Assembly: GCA_010015805.1 (NCBI GenBank)
Contig: ML978124.1
Location: 1,922,001-1,986,000 of the forward strand
DNA: 64,000 nt
Reading direction: 5' to 3'
From: Rhizodiscina lignyota
Taxonomy: Eukaryota
A program made the position numbers and the translations under genes. Every line of letters begins with the position of its first letter. The first letter of the stretch is position 1. Shown one piece after another: positions 1-13,230 of this stretch. The notes under the pieces are model-generated. The model was not told where the DNA came from. It searched no databases and saw only the letters and a list, made by a program, of their open reading frames with translations.

Positions 1-222
1 GAAGTGGACGGGACCAAGCTTAAGGAATCGAAGCCCCTTCAGCTCGTCACTGGAGGAGCTGGAAATGCTCAAGGACCTCTTGAGCACCTCATCGACCTGA
101 GCTGCGTTGGGAGTTGCGGGAACGGCGGCTGTTCTCGCAGGGGAGCCAACGGGAGAGGTGGGGTAGGAGCTCGACTGAATTGGAGCAAGTTGGAGGAACG
201 GGTTCGTGATAGAGGCAGGCAT
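1..222 (-). CDS. Small Ser/Pro-rich hypothetical protein, 5' part (runs off the window edge)
   Basis: ATG at 222 in AAAATG context; open frame to base 1: MPASITNPFLQLAP...KRSLSISSSSSDELKGLRFLKLGPVHF. Not in the supplied ORF track. Confidence 0.55.
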   Translation of the reverse strand, partial: MPASITNPFLQLAPIQSSSYPTSPVGSPARTAAVPATPNAAQVDEVLKRSLSISSSSSDELKGLRFLKLGPVHF

Positions 223-3200
223 TTTGAGCTAGGTATTCGAATTTCTGATTGCTTTTTGAAGAGGATTTACTGGAGAAGTCGAGGAGGGCGATGGTGGGGT
301 ATTTGTAGTCAGGAAATTGTTGAGGCAATGGCGGTCGGGCGGCGTGTGGAGATGACGAACTCCGACGAAAGAGAAGTAGAAATGAGCGACCGCGTGATTG
401 TTCTACCTTGTCTGGACTTAGGCGAACAGTGAGACAGTTGAGGACGCCAATGTAGCGTGCGATAGCGCGTGTTGCCTTGGCTGTTTGCAATTCGCTCGAG
501 CCCTGACGTGCTTTGGTCCTATCGCCGCTGCAGAGGGCGGTGGCGGTGAGTCGTTAAGCCGAAAAGTGGGCTTCTTGGCTTATCTCGTGACGAGGGCTCG
601 GTACCGAAAGCAAAGCGCGGTTGAAGGCAAAAGAATGAGGAAGAGAGAATACTTATAAGGAGGAGTATCAAACAGTGAGGTGACCTATAAGGGATGACGT
701 GCGTCTATGGTTTGGCGTGAACCGACTTCAAGACTATCTGAGGCCAGCCAGCCAATAGCATGCGCCCGTTTGCCCTTGGGCCGGGCCACACGAGGTAAAG
801 TCGGAAGCATTAGCACGAAAACGGTCGAACTATAACACTGCTTAAAAGGACATGCCAGGTGTAGCCGCGTGTAGATCGAGTCTGGGGTAACGTCTTCCGA
901 CTGTCCACGCTCTTAAGATTTGCTCGATAATGACTTTGGATCTATTGGACGATCCCAATGAATGGTGGAGCAGACAAAGGCAATAGGGAAATCGCAGCAA
1001 ACACGTTTACTGACAATAAGTGACAGTGGTACACTTGAAGAGATGATCCGCAGATGCACATACCTGGAGCCGAGATGTACAACCCAATGCGATACTCTCA
1101 AACAACAATGTGGCCAGATCCCCGCGACGCTGACGAGCAACAAGCCATTTTTACCCCGCGATTGCACGATCCGTCAGCTTGACGGGACCCGAGGTCGGGT
1201 CTAATCAGCCACGAGTGTAAGAGAGTTCAAGTGGGTGGGTTGGTTGGCCGTCCTTTTATCGGATACTGCTCAACTGTGCTGGCTCCGGGTTGTTTTCGAG
1301 GCTCTCTGCAGGGCTGAAAACTGGTTGCCGAGGCTAAGCGGGAACATGCATACAGGTCATTATAGTGTCGGCCGTGCTCAAGGTCGGTGCAGGCTGGAGG
1401 AAGATTAAGGCGGGCTCCTGGCAGGTTTGAACGCGTGGTTGGAGCTCGGCGGAGCAGAAGAATGCTCCTTAATCTTGGTGCAATCATCCAATCAATCCGG
1501 TGTAGTTTGCGTCAGAAGGAACATAGTGCTTTGGGTGCATGCAGCGATGAGTGGCTTGCGAAAACAGTCCGGCTGGGCCTTTTAGCGAGCGTACGTGTAT
1601 TGGAATCATTCAACTCTCCATGTCGAATCTGATAGGACGTAGATATTGGCTGCATTGGAGCTTCGTTTGGTGGGGAAACTCTCCGACAGGGACAAGCGGG
1701 AAGATCTGCTATGCCCAAGACAGTAGCGCGCTCTTCACCCAGCGAGTCAGTCACTTAGGCTCTGAGCGTGAGCCACGGAATCCTGACGTATCCAGCCCTT
1801 CAGCCCAACTGTCGCCGCATTTGCCTATTTTTGTGATTTGACTTTCATTGCCGTTTCACATCCACGTGTGAGCTTCCGCGACGCCGCTATTCGCAATCCG
1901 TTTACGCTGGGTATCAAGTCGCTGTGAGACACTGGGGTGGCTAGCAATTGAGCAAGGTTGGGCATAATACTCCGCCGCAAGTCAAATCGTACGATGCGCC
2001 TTTCGCTCATGTCTGACGACGTCAGGGACCCCTACAAAGCACGCGAGGCACAGCTGGATGATACCGATCATATTCCAGGTCTGACGGATCATCGGTCGAA
2101 GCGCTCTTGTGTTGAACGTAGAACGTTTCCCTCATGCAAGCCACCACGCGATGGCGATCATTTTATTCCTGTTCCGTCTAGTCCCACATTTTTGAGACTG
2201 GTCCGGCTGCCACGCGAGAAGACGCGAGGGCCCCAGCGCCCTTTCAGGGATATCCTGCTGCACTCTTAACAATGTGGGTTCATCTCCGGAGGAATGCCCC
2301 GTATTGCTGGGGTTTGGTGGACAAAGGTGCTGGAGCTGCGAGTGCAAAGGTGCTGGAGCTGATGAACCGCAAGATAGCATGATGTGCTCACGAAGCGCAG
2401 ACGCGTATCCTATGGTGTGACTGCGAGGTGCGCTCGCAGAGTGTTCACGATGCGAAGGCCACGGCGCTTTTCGATCGAATTGCAGCTGCACCCGAAACCA
2501 GCGCGCATCTGTTCATGTGTCATGTAAGGGACAAACTCAGAGCAGCTGCACCCGAGCGTCTGTCCTGCTGCTGCCCGCTTGTTTCGTCGCGAATTCGCAA
2601 CTATTTGCGCTTATGCTGTCTGGCGCTTCGAGTGACCGTTGGAAGCTTACCTAGCCGCATGGCTTTCAAGCCGAGAGTCGCTCCTTGACGGGATGGCTTG
2701 ATATGGCTTACGATGGGCTAGCCGGGGCATTTTGCGCAAAAGCGGGCCTTCCACGACTGCACGTTGGCGGACCGGACTTGCAAGTTGCATGGCGTTTCGT
2801 CGAGAGACATTTTTCTGACTCGGAAGCATGGCTCAGAGATGAGAGAGATGAGCGAGCGGCAGTCGTTGATGCCCGTTTGAATGGAAGTGCGAGCGATATC
2901 ACGTTCCGCCCGGCCTGCTATGCGACACATGCCAGCGACGGTGTGTATGCAAAGGCTCCAACGGAGAGCTTCCGTGCCTTCCTGCAGGGTCGCAGTGGGA
3001 GGATGCCGTCCTATCGACGCGGTACTCAGTTGCTTCCGCGAGGTACGACGTCGTCAAGCTTCAACGGGCTATTCAAGCTCGGGAGGCTGATGTGGCCACG
3101 GCCGGGAACGGCAAACTACACCTTGATGGGCTGCTTTGTCTTGGAGGCTATTTTGACCGCGATCTTACGCGGCAATCTCAGAAATGCGTGTGCGCTTTGC

Positions 3201-4162
3201 TTTGGCGTAGCGTGCTGAGCGGCCTGTTCCACGCAGTCTGATTGGAAGCTGGGAACAAAGGGAACGCCATCCTCCATGCGGCGCCCAGTTAGCACAGAGC
3301 TGCGTTTGTTGTCAAGTGAGGGAGGTGTTTGCTGCCACCACACTGCCGACGGGAGCTGGTCCGGTACTGTGAAGGACACAGATTGCATTGGTACCTGCTT
3401 GATGGTCAATAGTGAGGCGGATACTCGCTCTGCGGCGTATAACTTTGTACTGCTGCAGCGCCGCAAAGCCCTACCAACCGGCAGCCGGGAAAAAGACGTA
3501 CGGCGATTGTTACAAGGCGAGCCAGCAAGAGGCAAAGCAAGAGGCAAGCCCTGGGACCCTCGCCCGCCGCCGTCCCCTGACCCCGGCGTCGAAGACCTTG
3601 CTTGCTTTCCGCGTCCAGTGGCCTGAGTGCATGTCGCTCCACCATTACAAGTGCGCCAATATTCTCTTTCTATCACCGATCATGTCCGCCAGCTTCAAAT
3701 GCCCACATCCCCGCCCAGCGTCCCTGCTAGCTTGTAGGCCCTTCCCCGTGCCCTAGCAAAGAGCAAACAAACTTTATACACTCCTCCCTCCGCTCACGCT
3801 TCGTCTCTCCTTCCCTCCCCTACATCGCCTGCTCTCCGGAGTGCACTCTGGAAACCCTGGCTCGACTCAGGCTGGACACAAAGGGCCGTGTGTGCACTAT
3901 TTACTACTGACCTCCCACCCTGTGGCCGACCGGAAAAAGAAATAAGAATTCTTGCCCAACTCCCTTCATTACCATCCATTGACGCCGCTGCAAGACCTGG
4001 CTGGCATTCGGTGCTGCACACGCGCTCCACTCGGCATCAACAATCTCGAAACCATTCCTGACGGGACCCTGAGCTCCGCGAAGGAATTTGGCTCTCGGGC
4101 ATTTGATCAGCTTGCCGCGGCCCCTCAGCGTGTGGCTGCCCAACACCGACACACTGCCAATA

Positions 4163-4321
4163 ATGTGTACTCGAGTGGTACATACGTACAGCTGCGGCCA
4201 TTACCATGACGACTTTGCGCCATGCGCTCAATCACGATCCGTGGGACGGGTGTGCGATTCGAGCAACACGAAGACGAGGCAGGTCAAGCACGAGGAGAAA
4301 TGCGACAGTTGTGACGGGTAA
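4163..4321 (+). CDS. 52-aa Cys/His-rich microprotein (MC-x6-SCGH...C...C...CxxC), putative metal binding
   Basis: MCTRVVHTYSCGHYHDDFAPC...VC...EKCDSCDG; ATAATG start context; upstream pyrimidine-rich tract at ~3780-3830; canonical intron just after the stop. Confidence 0.6.
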   Translation: MCTRVVHTYSCGHYHDDFAPCAQSRSVGRVCDSSNTKTRQVKHEEKCDSCDG

Positions 4322-7215
4322 CGCACGCAGCAGGTGAGTTGCTGCCGCCCACTTTCCTCTTTGTGCAGGACACGATGCTCCGTCTGTGGGGGCGGGAGGT
4401 ACTTCGGTACCTGCCTGCGAGCGCAGCGGAGAGTTCCCATTGCAGAGTGCATCGTCTGACTTTCTCCTCCCATTTTGCCAGGTCTCGGCTTGCACCGGCT
4501 GCACGCCGACTTCCGCGACAGCATCACGACGCGCATGGCGAACAACGACCCACCCGCAAACAATTCAGCCAAATCACCGCCCACCTCGCCTCCCCTCCGA
4601 ATGCCACACTCTGCTCCCGCGCGCCGTCCACTCGACGATCTGCAACGATCGGCCGGGGAATTTAGAATTTCTGCAGCTTCAAGGCATTCGCAACATCTCC
4701 CTATCTATCAATGGCAGCATTTTCCGGCGCATCTTTCGGGGTTCGGTCGTACGGGCACGCAAAAGTTTGGCGTTGACGGAGACTGGGAATCTACCACGCG
4801 GGACTCGTTTCAATTTGAGCGCGCCTTATCGTCCTCATGTCTTTGCATTCTGTCTTGGTAACGCGCGGCCGCGCTCTGGCTCTGGCGTCTGCTCTGTGTC
4901 TGACACGTTTTTCATTGCAAGCAAGATCGATGCACAATACCCACCCTGTATTCTTGTACCATCTTACACCTGCCGAGTCTATGTTTTTCACTCGCGCCTT
5001 TTCAGCGGCCAGCGGATGACGAGGGCCGAGTGGAGATTGTCGTGGCTATAATCTGGAAGAATATCATACGCGGTTTTAACATTTTGCATGTGGCTGCCAG
5101 GCTGCGGGTCACACTGCAGCGTGAAGCGTCAGGGATTCGCCATTAATGCGTGCAGGCAAGCCGCGGGCCACGCTCGCCGGTTTGCTGAGCCGCGAGGCAA
5201 TATGCGATGTATCAGTATGCTTGCAATTGACACTGAGACATTTCAACTGGAACCTTGAATATCTTCCTCAATGTGTGCGAGATGCGGACAGGGGGTCGAC
5301 AGGCTCGCCGCCGCCTTATGAGCTGTGTGCAGTGTGTGGACGTTGGAACGTTTCACAGAAGCACCGTTAGAAGCAAAAAGCAATTCGTCGATCACAGCCA
5401 GATGCCGCCGCTCCGGATTTCGCCAATCGTGTTCGTTCTTCAACGGTCACTCGCCTATCCGGCCAACTAGCTTGACTCGACATGGGCGGAATCCATCCGG
5501 TGGCATGGTGGCCGACGGAGCGCATCGAACGACGCGCTCTCCCTCGTCCAGCAATCCGATCGCGGTTTAAGTCGCAAGCAGTCAGCTCCGGGAACAGCAA
5601 AACGCGGAACCGCAATCTTCCAACTTTTGGCAGCAGAAACTCCTATGGGCAATCTGAGCCTAGTCTTCGCAGTTCGTTCAGCCTCACCCCGGTCGAGGAT
5701 GTGCATGCATGGAAGCGCGCAGGGTTTCCATTCTGCTCTTTGAGACTTTGGCCAGTCAACCCGCCCCAGTATGGAACATTAAGACGTGCCCCGTGTGCCG
5801 TTCACAAATTGTAATCAGCCATCAAGGTGCCTTCTGCTTTGCTGCCCAATCGGCTCCATCCGTCACGCGCTGCCAAGCCCCAGGATACAAAGCACTGTGG
5901 AAGACGTCGAGGGCTCCTGGCCGGAAATAGTGCAGTTGAATAATGCTTAAGGCTCGTCAATTTTCCCGGACTGGCATTCACGGTCTATCGGGATGGGCGA
6001 AGACGCAATTTCTGCTCAATACGTTGATGATTGTCTTACCGCCTCACTTCGCCTGCGAAAGGATTATGTGCCGCTTCCAGGAGGAGCTCTGCCGCGAGCT
6101 GCGAACGTTTGCAAAGGAAAATGACGAGCTAGCCGTGGGCATAGCGCTTACCTTACCTCACCTGACTTCTCCTCGTACCTGGTTCTGGACGATCGAGCGG
6201 TTTTCTCCATATTCCACAAGATCTAGGGCAGCGCATCGCCCAGCATGCCTTGCCCTCTCATGGACTCTTGTGTGTCCGGTTTCCCGAACCTCGTCATAGC
6301 GTGAGGTTGAAACCGGTGTGACGAGCTGGAGAACGGGCCGGGGAGGGCTCACATTTATCTAAGCGAGGCACATCCACGGGCGGTTGAACTTGACAGTTGC
6401 ACCTATCGCAACTGACCAGCATCCTCTGTAATCGCACGGCGAGCATTGCTCCAGAAGGCGTCCGGCAGTCGAGGTTGTGCAACCCCGACTCGAACGGGTC
6501 AAGCCTCGTGGAGACAACCAGGCCATGAAACTGATCCCGGTTTAACAGGGACAGTCTCGGGCCACGTTCTGATGAGCAGCCGGGTGTTCGAACACGGCCA
6601 TCCACCAAGACAACTGCGCAGGCAATTGGCAGGCAGTTGGCAGGGCTATCCTAAAGACGGCCATGTTCGAAGCAAAGCCTGTTCTCAATGTGGCAGCATT
6701 GGTCATGCACAGACCAGGCATTTCCGCGAACAGGTGATCGCCACACTCGAGAGGGAGACATTCCCGCTGCACCCTCAGGCTCTCAGCTGGTGAAGTATAT
6801 TGATTCGCTTATGCACTATAGCTCCCGCACGTATATGCTCGGCAAGCATTGACGTCGGCTTCTCTTCCCCTACATAAGTATGCCAGAGCGGAGGTGGAGA
6901 CGGGCTGCCGGACGAACGGTTCCGGAGTTTAACCGCCACACAGCGGTTCATGCCGACCTTTAACTTTTTGCACTGTGCGGTCATCCTTCGGGAGGCCCGT
7001 TCGAAACTCCATGTTCACAATTCACCCTTCCGGCACATTCAAGGACGCAAATCATCGGCCCGTCAAGTGTGTAAGGGGGACTCCCCGGCATTCCACGCTT
7101 GGAGCACCCCGCATCCTGAAATCTTGATCAGGTCATGTTTTCTCATTGTAGTCGGGCTGCCTAAGCACCACCCTGCACTTTCTGCTGCCGTCTGCACGCT
7201 TTCATTCTCTGATCC

Positions 7216-8682
7216 ATGTCCATCGACATTGACTGGAATGCCGTAACCGGTGGAAGCGATGGCTTGGCCCTAGCTGAAGCTATCCGCACCTTTATTCACG
7301 ACAAGTTCCAGGAAGTACCTCTACCGCGCTTCATCCGCGCGGTGAAAGTCCATGGGTTTGAGTTCGGTAGTGTAGCCCCGAAAGTCGAGATTAAGGATAT
7401 CTGTGACCCACTGGACGATTTCTATGAGGACGATGGTATCGACGACGATGACGACGACGACGAGCAGGGCAGTGTTGGGAGCAAGAGTGGAACGGTGCAT
7501 AGCAAGAGCTTGGGCGGAGCTGCAAGAGGAACGGAAGATCCTAGACCAAGGCTATCAGCTCGAAGTTTAGCGAATGTCGATGGTGCCGTCGAACCGCATT
7601 TTTCACAAAGCGAGCTTAGTGAAGGCGCCGCACGTGAAGGACGGGGGATGGCGGGAGGAGCCCAGAATCAGAGACAAAGCCATCCACTGCCTCCCCATAT
7701 CGACACGCGAATACCAGGTTTGCGGACGACGTCTACTCCGGGAGACCATCTTGGCAGCCCTAGCGGCCTGCGATCCTCGACTCCAACCCCAGGCATTCCT
7801 GGTGGCACGTCAAGTTTAAGTTACTTTCACTTGCCTCTCGGCGCTGGACTTTCTGGGACAACCACTCCTCTCGCAGCTGTCGCTGGCCGGCGCTTCCACA
7901 GTGGCTGGCCAGAAGACGGCAATGCAGCTGTCTTCCACTCGCCAGCGGAATCCGATTCCACTCTGCCGGCAGCACCATCCATCAGTTCGATGACCCCACC
8001 ATCCACTGCAGATCCATGCTCACGCCCGACTTCGCAGCACTATGAAGAAGGCTCTGCAATGCCCACGTCTCATGCTAGCGTGAGCTCGATTGCAGAAGGC
8101 CAACAAACAGCCGAAGATTTTGATGGGCTTCCCTCCCAACAAGAGCATCTACCTCGCTTCCGAGAGCGAAGCCCACAGGATGTTCAGGTAGTGACACATG
8201 TCAAATATGCCGGCGATGTAAAGATGTCTCTTACGGCGGAGATATTACTCGACTATCCGACGGAAAACTTCGTCGGTATCCCACTCAAGCTTAACATTAC
8301 CGGACTCTCGTTTGATGGGGTAGCAATCTTCGCCTACATTCGTCGCCGGGCACACTTTTGCTTTCTTTCACCTGAAGATGCTCATACTTTGGTTGGAGCG
8401 GCAGGAGATGACGATCCGGAACGTACCCGGAGCGACAATCCCGAGCTTGATCTTCAATCCAGCCCAAATGGTGTGGCTGATCAACGTGCAACACAGCAGA
8501 GCCGGAATCCCATTGGTGGGCTGTTGGAGCACATCCGTGTGGAAAGCGAGATTGGTGATAGGGCCAATGGGAAGCAAGTTCTGAAGAATGTGGGAAAGGT
8601 CGAGAAGTTTGTTCTCGATCAAGTTCGTCGGATTTTCGAGGACGAGTTTGTCTATCCGAGCTTCTGGACCTTCCTAGTATGA
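7216..8682 (+). CDS. MDM12: Mitochondrial distribution and morphology protein 12 (ERMES SMP-domain subunit)
   Basis: Intronless 488 aa; N-term MSIDIDW...FIHDKFQ.VPLPRFI; C-term ESEIG...GKQVLKNVGKVEKFVLDQVRRIFEDEFVYPSFWTFLV. Confidence 0.95.
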   Translation: MSIDIDWNAVTGGSDGLALAEAIRTFIHDKFQEVPLPRFIRAVKVHGFEFGSVAPKVEIKDICDPLDDFYEDDGIDDDDDDDEQGSVGSKSGTVHSKSLGGAARGTEDPRPRLSARSLANVDGAVEPHFSQSELSEGAAREGRGMAGGAQNQRQSHPLPPHIDTRIPGLRTTSTPGDHLGSPSGLRSSTPTPGIPGGTSSLSYFHLPLGAGLSGTTTPLAAVAGRRFHSGWPEDGNAAVFHSPAESDSTLPAAPSISSMTPPSTADPCSRPTSQHYEEGSAMPTSHASVSSIAEGQQTAEDFDGLPSQQEHLPRFRERSPQDVQVVTHVKYAGDVKMSLTAEILLDYPTENFVGIPLKLNITGLSFDGVAIFAYIRRRAHFCFLSPEDAHTLVGAAGDDDPERTRSDNPELDLQSSPNGVADQRATQQSRNPIGGLLEHIRVESEIGDRANGKQVLKNVGKVEKFVLDQVRRIFEDEFVYPSFWTFLV

Positions 8683-9666
8683 CCGCACATGGTCGTTTAC
8701 GGAATCTGGAATACTCTACTTTAGCGCTGAGCTCACTCTTAGCCTTGAAGGGAGCAGGAATGCGGGCCGCTCCGCAAGTGGGAACAATCCCAGGGTTAAG
8801 GAACGGGATGGCTTGGTTCTCGGCGATAGTGAGTTTATTGCGTTCGAAAGACTACGTCTGTCTCCCAATGCCAGATGACTCGCTCCCATACGAGACAGGG
8901 GGTTGGACCACGCGATGAACATCCATTCGATAACGATTCGAGTTGTGAAAAGTTCTGATGGCTGCAGTGCACACTATGACATGCTAGCAGTGCAAGGCTA
9001 AGCGATTAAGTAGTCAAGCCCTGGCATACCAAAATGGAGGTCTTTGTTCTCGTGAATGCTCTTTCTCAGCATCAGCGGTATCCCCACGGCAGCTCGATCC
9101 CATCGAGGCAAGCACTCCACTATTCAGCCATCCTCGAGTCAGGAAATCCCACGTATCTGCCGATTGAGAACTAAAGACACTTTCCTCTCAGGGATTATCA
9201 AAGCTATTTAACTGTAAGAGCGGCATTACGGTGACTCCCGTCCAGCCTGAGCACGTACATCGGGAACGGTTCAAGCAGAAGGCAGTACTCTCAATAATTT
9301 GCAACATTATCGATGTACTCTGAGAGTTTGAACTAAGCCTATAAAAATGTCCTGCACCAAGTACACAGGGTTCACACCTTTCAACTTTCCATTGCAACTA
9401 CTGCCGCCAAGGAAGCTTCCGAGCTTTGGGGGAGAATTGTTTGTATCAAGTTCCTATCCTGAATTTATACATATAGTGCTACTTCAGCATTTATCGTGTC
9501 TTGCAGCTCTACCACGGCGGATTTTCTTGCTCTAAGAGCCATCACGCTGGTATGCGCAGTGTCGCCCTGCCGCATATTTCCGATATGCGCCCAAACTTTT
9601 ATACTACAAAGCAATCAGAAACCCAGACGCCTCGCTTGTGAGAAAGCCGTATTCCTCTGCTTGAAT

Positions 9667-10525
9667 TCAACCCCTCATATGCACATCCCCAGACGATCCG
9701 ATGCCAATGTCTTCATCGCCGGCACCCCTTTTCCTCTTTCCGTTGCCAGGTGTAGACGATGTCTCGACAGGCAACTCGCTGCCATCCGGCGCCAGCTCCA
9801 CAATCTCCCAGTACACGCTCTCGCTGCCGTCTGGCGCCTCGTAGCCACCCTTCTGCCGTCTCACACGTCCCAACGCGCTATTCTCGATCATGGATTCGAA
9901 CCACGGCATGCCTCGGTGAATCATGCCGCGCACAGGCCTTACCGGCTCAGGGCCAGTCTCGATGAGCTGCTCCGGATCCGCATCTTCGTCTTCGTCGAGC
10001 TCATCGTCATCCTCAGTCCTCAGCAGACTCCAGCTCTGCAGCCTGCGCACATCCTCGTCGACCAGGCTGCCCAGATTGATCTCGATGTGGCGCGCGTTGT
10101 CGGCCGTCCTCTCGTTCCAGCAGGTAAGCGGGGTGCCGCAGAATCCACAGAAGTGGCGTAGTGTCTGTGGGCCGTCGTCCGGAGAGGAGAAAGTGCGGCG
10201 TATAGAGCGGTGGGTCTCGTCGGGGAAGAAGGCGTAGGTCACAGAATGATACCAATGTAGTGGCACGCGCAAGAAGGGCGTGAATGGGGAAGTGGTGTGA
10301 TGTCCTACAGTTGTGAGCGAAAATTGATGGCGTTGGAAATTACAACGTACTTGTTCTGCTGCTGTTGTCGAGGAGGACTTGGATCTCGTGCACCGATGCA
10401 ATCGGGACTAGAATGATCTAGATATATCATCAGCCCCTAAAGAGGGCGGCATTCATGAATTGAGGCCTTACGAATTCGTTCCTTCCACAGGCGCAACCGC
10501 CACGGAGCATTCGGACGGAACTCAT
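9667..10525 (-). CDS. GFA/CENP-V (Mss4-like) family protein, 2 introns
   Basis: MSSVRMLRGGCACGRNEF start, RHFCGFCGTPL motif, G.PWFESMIE.S.LG; GT-AG introns at ~10417-10471 and ~10305-10350. Confidence 0.8.
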
Positions 10526-11095
10526 CTTAGCTGTTGTTGATCGAATCGAGGCGCACGAGAAGAGCGAAGCACTATGGGCCCGCCAAAGAAGCAGCCGCCG
10601 GATGGTGAAAGCGTTAGCAAGTGGTGGAGAGAAGGTGGGATGTTTCGATGACGAAAAATCAATCAGCATGGTTGACTTGTGTGGGTATTCGCACGGGCCA
10701 TCGGCTCTCGTGCGAGCTTAAATTTGACATGCATCTTCGTCTTCTCGCCCTAATTCTTCAACTTCTTTCAGGTATCCACGAATTGCTCCCTTCGCTAAGG
10801 CTCTATTGTATTAAGGCCTACATGTACTTTCTTTCGATCGGCAGCAAATCTCAACAGTGCTGTCTAATGGGAAGAGACACATCTCGTGTCGGCATTTCAT
10901 CATACTTCGAGCATAATAGCTATGCGAAATGAATCTTCTGGCAGTCACCAAACTAATCTTAAAGACAGCTTATTTTAGACGGCATCGGATCTCAATAGGC
11001 CAGAAATGCTCCAGGATTTTAGACCATACTAGGGAAGTGTACGATATGGGTGAACTGTATTGTATTGAACCTGTTCAATTGTATTTCCCTAGTCA

Positions 11096-12709
11096 TCATA
11101 CTTCGATAATATTCTTCTCATCAACGTGGAACCTTTGCAAGACATCCTTGCGTGCCGCTTCAAAATCAATCTTTTCTATTCTGCCAAGGATTTCCCTCTG
11201 ACTCCGCAGAATAGAATCCGCTATTTCCCTCCATCTCAATTCCTTTTCCCCCGTCTGTCCCCGAGCAGCCTCGTCAGCCGTAACCGGCAGTAGCTTCCCA
11301 TCTCTCTTCCTGATCACTCCATCTACGATGACAATCTCCACGTCTCGAATACTAGAGCTCAGCACAATCGCCGCGACAGGATCGTTCTCACAGCAGACCA
11401 TGCCAGGAGTAGCCGCATCGAAAACCACCACGTCCGCCTTCTTTCCAACCGCCAGACTGCCGATCTGGTCTCCCATTTTGCACGCCCTTGCCCCCATAAT
11501 CGTCCCCAGATTGAAGGCTTGCTCGACCGTCTTGTGTGTTCTTCTTGGTGCCTTCCCCTCATCATAGAGCTTCTGGTTGAACTCCGACCGGGCATTCTGC
11601 AAGGCCAGGCGCATCTCACCAGGGATGTATGCCGAGTTGTTGGTATGGAGATCGACGCCCAAGGAGCACTGCGGCGCCATTTCTTTGAGTGTATCGTCGA
11701 AGCACGCCACTCGTCCTAGGGCCATCTGCATCTCAGTGCTTGGAGTACTGCTAATGTGTACTCCAGCCTTGCGCACCAGAGATGCATCCTTCGGCGTTCC
11801 GCCAGTCGCATGAGAGATCAAAAATCTCGAGTCCAGTAGACCGAAGTTGTCTATTTGCTCAACCAGCGAGCTTCCTGGTGACTGTGGACCCCGACAGTAG
11901 TGTGTTGTTACCAACTTCACTCCCGCATCCCTTGCACGCTGGAAGAGATCGGTTATCATCTCCTTCGGTAGGAACCAACCATCAAATGCGAGCCCTAGCT
12001 GGACTCGGCCATTGGGCCCAAAAGGCGCGCGAGATCCAAGCCCGGCGAGCTGCTCGAACATCCATGGCTCAAGAAAATTTCCGTTGAGCTGCAGTGGCTC
12101 CCAGCATGAGACACGCATGGTTATGCAATAGCAGAATATGCTGCGGATTCCTGCAGTGACGGTCGCGGAAATGGCGTTCTCCGCTGGAATTTAGTCTGCG
12201 TTAGCCTGGTAGGTTTTTGATAACCATGGAGGATGATCACATACCATGCTCCGGCGAGTATGTCATGTGAGGACTGCGCTGATTGGTTAGAGTTTGAAGA
12301 CTTGATTGGGTAATGATGATCATGGATATGTAGCTCACTGGTCAACAACCGTAGTCGTTCCGGCATCGACAGCCTCCATGCACCCTCCCAGTTGTCCCCA
12401 GAATACGTCCGATGCAGTGAAGTTAGACCCTTGCATCATGCCTTTCAACATATAGTCGACCAAGACCTCGTCTCCAAACTTCGCCCTTAGCTGCGTCTGC
12501 CATAGGTGATGGTGGGTATCCACAAAGCCTGGCGATATGATCTTATCTGTGCAATCGATTACCTCCGCCCCTTGTGGTGCTGAGATATTTGGTTCAATTC
12601 TGGTGATTGTCCCGCCCTCGACCAGAATATCGGTTTTGGTCGCATGGACATGGTCTTCATTGTCATGCAACAGGGCAATGCCGTTCCGCAGCAAAATTGC
12701 CGAACTCAT
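11096..12709 (-). CDS. Metal-dependent amidohydrolase (SsnA/MTA-SAH deaminase-like), 2 introns
   Basis: PGFVDTHHHLWQ metal-binding motif, AGTTTVVDH, SLGVD, GSLAVGKKADVVVFD. Confidence 0.9.
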
Positions 12710-13230
12710 TCTTGCTTATCTCGATGTCGTAAAGCGACGAACGTACGGCGAAATATTAGATTGTACTAAGTCGAGGAATACGAAAGTTTGAAATGTTCAC
12801 TCTCACGATGAACCAGCTGTTTTAAGCTTAATTCCCAGCCCTATTGGGTCAAGAACTTTGATTCCTCGCACTTTATGACGACCTTAAGTCCGTCCGAATA
12901 GTATTTCATCCAGCACTCGTTTACCGTATTCTACGCCGAGGTCCTTAAGCCAAGTGCACCCATCGGAAGTACGAACAAATAAGTCCGACTCAGCTCAATG
13001 GAGACATATTGAACTTTAAGTCTCCTCCAGGTCCGCCGCAGTCCATTAAAGCAGCGGCAGCAACGTGCCTGATAGTCTCAATGTCATTTCTCGTACGAAT
13101 GATGTGTATTGGAGAAGAGATGGATTTGCTCGTTTTAGCCCTGCCAAACTCTATCTATATTACAGCCCGACTCTGGAAGTCATACAGATGGCTTGGGGCT
13201 TGATTTACATGGTGTCGCATTCCCGTACTT

